A stretch of 64,000 nt of DNA from Candidatus Bathyarchaeota archaeon (lineage in GTDB: Archaea > Thermoproteota > Bathyarchaeia > TCS64), in NCBI GenBank assembly GCA_963771885.1, contig CAVYVF010000002.1:64001-128000 (forward strand). The letters are read 5' to 3'. A program made the translations under genes and the position numbers. The notes under the pieces were generated by a model, which was given only the letters and a program-made list of their open reading frames with translations, made no database searches and was not told the origin of the DNA. Shown here piece by piece: positions 59,125 through 64,000 of the stretch (positions within the stretch are counted from its first letter, which is position 1; each line of letters begins with the position of its first letter).

Positions 59125-59994
59125 ATGGCGAAGATACTGCTTCTAGGTCTCTCGGGAGACACTGGGTGCCAGGTAGCGACTGTTGGGCTACATGAAGCCC
59201 TACTCGGCATTCTCAAGGCGAACGAGCTAGTCTACGCGCCGACGCTGATGGACGCGAAGACGATCCCAGACAAGATCGACGTCGCTATAATCGAGGGCGG
59301 GTTACGTACCGAGCACGAGGTCGAGATCGCGAAGACGATCCGGGAGCGTTCCGGCGTCCTGATAACGCTCGGCTCCTGCGCCTGCTTCGGCGGAGTCCCC
59401 GGACTCGCCAACCTCAAACAGGGCGAGGAACTTCTCAAGAAGATCTACTCTCAGAAAGGGACAGTCGCCGCTGAGATGCCTACTCTTGATCGCCTTCTCG
59501 AAAAGCAGCAGGCGATCGGGGACTACGTCAAGGTTGACTTCAAGATACCAGGATGCCCACCGGAGACCGGAGAAATCGCCACCATACTGACGTCACTGTT
59601 GAGCGGAAAGATCCCTGAGCTTAGTAAGACTGATGTCTGTGAGCTATGCCCACGGGAGCGGATTGGCGAGTACAGTAAAAAGCTGAAGAGGATTTACGAG
59701 GAGGTCGACGACCCTGGCAGGTGCCTGCTTGAGCAAGGTTTCCTCTGTATGGGTCCTGCGACCATGGGCGGATGCGGCGCGCCATGCCCACAGGCAGGGA
59801 TGCCCTGCGACGGCTGCCGCGGGCCTACGGCGGGCAACAGCGATCAGGGACTCACCATGCTCGACGCCCTAACGAGCTTAACTCGCGAGGCGAATGAGAA
59901 TTTCAGTCTCCCCCAGTACGCGGGAACGCTCTACAGGTACACGTATCCAAGTAGTAAACTCGCGAAGGTTCTGAACGGAGGCGGCAAGAAGTGA
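59125..59994 (+). CDS. mvhG: Group 3c [NiFe]-hydrogenase small subunit
   Basis: EGG, GSCACFGGVPGLAN, PGCPP, C..C, CLL.QG..CMGPAT..GC.A.CP....PC.GC.GP. Confidence 0.88.
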   Translation: MAKILLLGLSGDTGCQVATVGLHEALLGILKANELVYAPTLMDAKTIPDKIDVAIIEGGLRTEHEVEIAKTIRERSGVLITLGSCACFGGVPGLANLKQGEELLKKIYSQKGTVAAEMPTLDRLLEKQQAIGDYVKVDFKIPGCPPETGEIATILTSLLSGKIPELSKTDVCELCPRERIGEYSKKLKRIYEEVDDPGRCLLEQGFLCMGPATMGGCGAPCPQAGMPCDGCRGPTAGNSDQGLTMLDALTSLTREANENFSLPQYAGTLYRYTYPSSKLAKVLNGGGKK

Positions 59995-61391
59995 CGGAAA
60001 CCATAACGATCAACCCCCTGACCCGGCTCGAGGGAACCGGTAAGGTCAAGATAGAGGTCGAGAACGGCGCGATTAAAGACCTCCAGCTCAACGTCGCCGT
60101 CGGGCCTAGGTTCTTCGAGTACCTGCTCACGAACAAGCAAGCGGAGGACGCTCCGAGGATAAGTGAGCGGATCTGCGGTATCTGCTACGTTAACCATCAC
60201 CTGGTCTCGGTGAAAGCTGTAGAGGACGCGTGGGGTGTACAAGTGCCAGAGGTCGCCACACTACTAAGGCGCACGCTGAACGCGGCGAGTTTCGTGACGA
60301 GCCACGCGCTCCACCTCGCCTTCTTGGCGCTCCCTGACCTCTTGCCCATACAGAGCCGCAACGTAATAGGCGTCGCCGACGCCAACCCGGAGCTCGCAAA
60401 CGCGGCGCTCCAACTCCACGAGTACGGAAACAGGGTCGTAACCGAGATAGGCGGGAGACTCGTCCACGTCGTCACGAGCGTTCCTGGAGGGCAGACGAAG
60501 GGTCTCACCGGCGAGGCACGGTACAAGCTCCTCAGGGAGGGTCGCATTGCGCTCACGAACGTGAGGAAGATCGCGGACGCCTTCTTCTCCCTCTACGAGA
60601 AGCGCGCGAACGACCCGACGGAGTACATGCACCTCAAAGCACCCTACATGGCGATGGTCAACAAGAGCGGCGGATATGAGCTCTATGACGGCGACATAAG
60701 AGTCAAGAATGGAGATGGGACCCAGCTCTTCCAGTTCCCAGCGCAGGAGTATTACAAACGTCTCGAGGAGACTACGAGTGCACACAGCTTCACCAAGATA
60801 CAGTACCTCAAGGACTTGGGTCCTAAGGACGGCTTGATGCGCGTCGGGCCCCTCGCTAGGATGAACGTCATCGACAGTATGCAGTGGGACACAACCGCCG
60901 AGTACATGAGGCGATACGAGAAATTATTCAAGCGTCCCACGGACGACACGGCAGCATACAACCTAGCCCGAACCGTCGAACTCGTAGCGTCGGTCGATGA
61001 GGTCCTCGATGGGCTGGGCAACGACGTCATCATGACGGAGCGGACACGCGAGCCAGTCAAGGCTCGAGCAGGCACAGGCTACGCCTTCGTCGAGGCACCC
61101 CGCGGGCTTCTCTTCCATAGCTACGAGATAGACGATAAGGGCATCATCAAGGAAGCGAACATCGTCGCGCCGACTACCTTCAACCACAAGAGCATCGAGA
61201 ACAATCTGAGATGCTGGGCCGATGCCCACGCCTCGGCGTTCACAAGGAAGGAGACGAGGCAGGATGCGATGTGGGGCATCGAAAAAATCGTCCGCGCCTA
61301 CGACCCCTGCCTGAGCTGCAGCGTCCACATGGTCGAGGTTGACGTGACAGTGGATGGAGAGGAGTACACGAACAGGAGGCAGGCACAATGA
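59991..61391 (+). CDS. mvhA: Group 3c [NiFe]-hydrogenase large subunit
   Basis: TRLEG, L1 motif RICGIC, EAPRG, L2 motif DPCLSCSVH, plus a C-terminal extension for maturation cleavage. Confidence 0.92.
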   Translation: MTETITINPLTRLEGTGKVKIEVENGAIKDLQLNVAVGPRFFEYLLTNKQAEDAPRISERICGICYVNHHLVSVKAVEDAWGVQVPEVATLLRRTLNAASFVTSHALHLAFLALPDLLPIQSRNVIGVADANPELANAALQLHEYGNRVVTEIGGRLVHVVTSVPGGQTKGLTGEARYKLLREGRIALTNVRKIADAFFSLYEKRANDPTEYMHLKAPYMAMVNKSGGYELYDGDIRVKNGDGTQLFQFPAQEYYKRLEETTSAHSFTKIQYLKDLGPKDGLMRVGPLARMNVIDSMQWDTTAEYMRRYEKLFKRPTDDTAAYNLARTVELVASVDEVLDGLGNDVIMTERTREPVKARAGTGYAFVEAPRGLLFHSYEIDDKGIIKEANIVAPTTFNHKSIENNLRCWADAHASAFTRKETRQDAMWGIEKIVRAYDPCLSCSVHMVEVDVTVDGEEYTNRRQAQ

Positions 61392-63712
61392 GTGCACTCG
61401 TATTCTTCGAGACATTCGGCGAGACCCTGAAGGAGAAGCTCGACGTCGACGCCCTGGAGAGGTACGCGAAGAAGATCGAGGGCGTCTACGACACCTACCA
61501 GATGCCTCTGCTCAACCAGAAGCTGATGCTCGAGAAGCTCATCGAGGTGAAGCAGAACGGCGGAAAGGATGTTTCAAGCGTCGTCGCAGTCACCGGATCA
61601 AGAGTAAGGCTCGAAAAACCCCTGCAGAGGGCGATGGAAGGCGCCGGTCTTGACCCGAACCAACTCGTCATCACGAACGTCCGCGAGCAGTGCGCCCTCG
61701 TCCATGATAGGGTGGAAGCAACTGAGAAGGCAAAGAGCCTCCTCCGCGTAGCCGTCAAGAAGGCGAGGCTCAGCACGCCCCTCGAGAGGAAGGTCGTGCA
61801 GCGCTTCAACGAGGTCCTGGTCATCGGTGGAGGCGTCGCGGGTATCCAGGCGTCACTCGACCTAGCAAAGCTCGGTGTCATGGTGCACCTAGTCGAGCGC
61901 GAGCCGACCATCGGGGGAATGATGCCACTGCTCGGTAAGACGTTTCCAGAGGATAGCTGCGCCATCTGCATCGGCGGTCCCAAGATGATGGACGTCGGCA
62001 ACGAGCCGAGCATAGAGGTGCTCGACAACAGCGAGGTCGAGGCAGTCATCAGGATGCCTGTGGGCTACCGCGTACACGTGAAGCGGAAGCCACGATACGT
62101 CGACGCGGAGAAGTGCGTAGCCTGTGGGCAGTGCACGGAGAGGTGTCCGGTTAGTGTTCCCGACCAGATAAACGGGGGCATCAACATGCGTAAGGCGGTG
62201 TACCTCCCCAACCCAAACGCCGTGCCGAGGAAGCATATCATCGACCCCGAAGCCTGCCTATACCTTACAAAGGGCAGCTGCCGCCTCTGCGAGCGCGTCT
62301 GCCCCAATCAGGCCATAAACTTCAAGGACGAGGAAAAGTACCGGGATTTTTATGTCGGCTCGATAATCGTCGCTACCGGCGTTGACAACTGGGATGCACG
62401 AAAGCACCCCAAGTATGGGGCGCAGTACCCGAATGTTATTGACCAGTTCCAGCTGGCACGTTACCTGGACGGTGAAGGGCCGACGGCAGGCATACTAACC
62501 AAGCCGAGCGATGGACAAAAGCCGAAGAAGATCGTAATGATCCAATGCGCAGGAAGCCGCGACCCTGAGATCAACCCTTGGTGCAGCCGATACTGCTGCA
62601 TGGCAGCGATGAAGCACGCCGAGGAGATCAAACTCCACCACGGTTCCGATATCGACATCACGATACTCTATAAGGACATACGCGCCGGCGGCAAGTACTA
62701 CGAGGAGTTCTATAACCGCGTAAAAACAGTGGGCATCAACTTCGTCCACGGCAACCTCGACGTCGTTAAAGAGGTCGAGGGCGGGGAGCTCATCGTCGAG
62801 TACACCGATGGGAAAGGACAGAGGACATCGACGCCTAGCGACCTAGTCGTCCTCAGCACCGGCATGGTGCCAAGCAAAGGGACGCTCGACCTCGCAGAGA
62901 GGCTCGGTATCGAGATCGGTGCCGACGGCTTCTTCAAGGAGGTGGACACGAAGGTCGCGAGCACAGTAACGAAGAGGCCGGGCATCTACCTCGCCGGGGC
63001 ATGTCACTCCCCGAAGGACATACCCGAGTCCGTCTCCCAGGCAAGCGCCGCGGCAGCGATGGCCGGACTTCACCTAATGAAGGAGGTCGATGCAAACAGG
63101 CCGATCCTGACACCGAAGGTCGACGAGGCGAGGTGCGGGCGCTGTGGTGTCTGCCCAACAGTCTGCCCATACCAGGCGATCACCATGCCCGCGGAAGGCC
63201 CCGTTCGCATAGACGAGACGCTATGTCAGAGCTGCGGTCTATGCATATCCAGCTGTCCGACGCGCGCCTTAGACAACCCGAACTTCGGCTTCGACCTCGT
63301 CGACGCCCAAGTAAAGGCGGCACTCGAAGGGCGAAAAGGGACAACTGTTGTAGGCTTCGCCTGCGCCGACTGCGGCTACAGACTGCTCGACATCGCGGGT
63401 GTCACAGGGGCCAAGTATAGTTCCTCATTTATCCCCATTTACGTCCCCTGCATGAGCACGATCAGCCTACGCCACATAGTTGGGGCCCTCGACCACGGGG
63501 CAGACGGTGTGATGCTCATCGGGTGTGTGAAGGATCGCTGTCACTTTGAGAAGGGCGTGGATCACGCCGAGGGGCAGCTTAGGTTCATGGAGAACCTCTA
63601 CGGAGAGGCGGGTATGCCAATCAGAGTGCTGAAGAGCTGCGGCTCGATGCTTGAACAGTTCCTCACCGAATTGGATGGGTTGGTCAAGCAGATTGAGGAG
63701 GCTAAGAAATGA
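61388..63712 (+). CDS. hdrA: Heterodisulfide reductase subunit A-like flavoprotein fused to MvhD
   Basis: IGGGVAG, KTFP, inserted ferredoxin, QCAGSRD, CSRYCC...K, PKDIP, C-terminal ferredoxin, then MvhD motifs (GFAC..CGY, PC, GADGV...GC....CHF..G). Confidence 0.92.
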   Translation: MSALVFFETFGETLKEKLDVDALERYAKKIEGVYDTYQMPLLNQKLMLEKLIEVKQNGGKDVSSVVAVTGSRVRLEKPLQRAMEGAGLDPNQLVITNVREQCALVHDRVEATEKAKSLLRVAVKKARLSTPLERKVVQRFNEVLVIGGGVAGIQASLDLAKLGVMVHLVEREPTIGGMMPLLGKTFPEDSCAICIGGPKMMDVGNEPSIEVLDNSEVEAVIRMPVGYRVHVKRKPRYVDAEKCVACGQCTERCPVSVPDQINGGINMRKAVYLPNPNAVPRKHIIDPEACLYLTKGSCRLCERVCPNQAINFKDEEKYRDFYVGSIIVATGVDNWDARKHPKYGAQYPNVIDQFQLARYLDGEGPTAGILTKPSDGQKPKKIVMIQCAGSRDPEINPWCSRYCCMAAMKHAEEIKLHHGSDIDITILYKDIRAGGKYYEEFYNRVKTVGINFVHGNLDVVKEVEGGELIVEYTDGKGQRTSTPSDLVVLSTGMVPSKGTLDLAERLGIEIGADGFFKEVDTKVASTVTKRPGIYLAGACHSPKDIPESVSQASAAAAMAGLHLMKEVDANRPILTPKVDEARCGRCGVCPTVCPYQAITMPAEGPVRIDETLCQSCGLCISSCPTRALDNPNFGFDLVDAQVKAALEGRKGTTVVGFACADCGYRLLDIAGVTGAKYSSSFIPIYVPCMSTISLRHIVGALDHGADGVMLIGCVKDRCHFEKGVDHAEGQLRFMENLYGEAGMPIRVLKSCGSMLEQFLTELDGLVKQIEEAKK

Positions 63713-64000
63713 GCAACAACAAGGAAGAGCCACGCGTAGGAGTCTTCGTCTGCAGATGCGGCCTTAACGTGGCAAAGTCGGTTGATACGACGAGCCTAAA
63801 GGAGTTCGCCTCTAAGCTGCCAGGCGTTGTCTACACGGAGGAGAGCGACTTCGCCTGCAGTGACGCCGGTGTCAAGTCGATAAGTGAGGCGATTAAAGCG
63901 AACGGTGTGAACCGCGTCGTCGTCGCAGGTTGCTCCCCGTGGCTTCACGAGCCCACATTCCAGCGCATGATGGAGCGCGTCAGGCTCAATAAGTACCTTC
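63709..64000 (+). CDS. hdrA: Second HdrA-family protein, N-terminus (runs off the window)
   Basis: MSNNKEEPRVGVFVCRCGLNVA...FACS...NRVVVAGCSPWLHEPTF. ATGA overlap with the preceding gene. Confidence 0.9.
   Translation, partial: MSNNKEEPRVGVFVCRCGLNVAKSVDTTSLKEFASKLPGVVYTEESDFACSDAGVKSISEAIKANGVNRVVVAGCSPWLHEPTFQRMMERVRLNKYL

Noticed and set aside
1..64000. CRISPR array, cas genes, rRNA, intact IS or provirus
   Set aside because: No regularly spaced 25-40-bp repeats and no recognisable Cas, transposase or capsid motifs.
1..64000. Genome-wide TAG reassignment
   Set aside because: TAG ends many genes at their expected C-termini (for example 312, 1688, 6507, 17573, 35970, 38496).

Overview
This is a 64-kb gene-dense chromosomal segment from an anaerobic archaeon, most likely Bathyarchaeia. 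The taxonomic call is an inference from ribosomal protein L40e, AlaX-S, Trm112, an archaeal-type tRNA-Arg(GCG), TATA-like boxes about 25-30 nt before start codons, and MvhAG/HdrA genes. It holds about 60 CDS. Housekeeping genes include PGI/PMI, a SPOUT methyltransferase, Ard1, HMG-CoA reductase, dUTPase, argH and an ROK kinase. A large peptide and amino-acid scavenging set includes four M19 dipeptidases, two M42 peptidases, two creatininases, GGT, DDAH, a proline-racemase-fold protein and a class A beta-lactamase-fold protein. The window ends with a 2-oxoacid:ferredoxin oxidoreductase operon followed by an mvhG-mvhA-hdrA/mvhD-hdrA operon. Non-coding features: one tRNA, two tyrosine-integrase remnants, a ~145-nt closed three-way-junction RNA or MITE candidate between convergent genes (8673-8816), and a structured, repeat-rich region downstream of the tRNA. 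Several enzymes have non-canonical active sites (proline racemase Cys/Ala pair, LarA without its cofactor ligands, three M19 paralogues without HxD, HdrA without its N-terminal cluster Cys). About seven single-base frameshifts plus one in-frame TAG are most likely assembly errors. No CRISPR array, rRNA or intact mobile element was seen. All calls come from motif recognition by eye; no searches were run.
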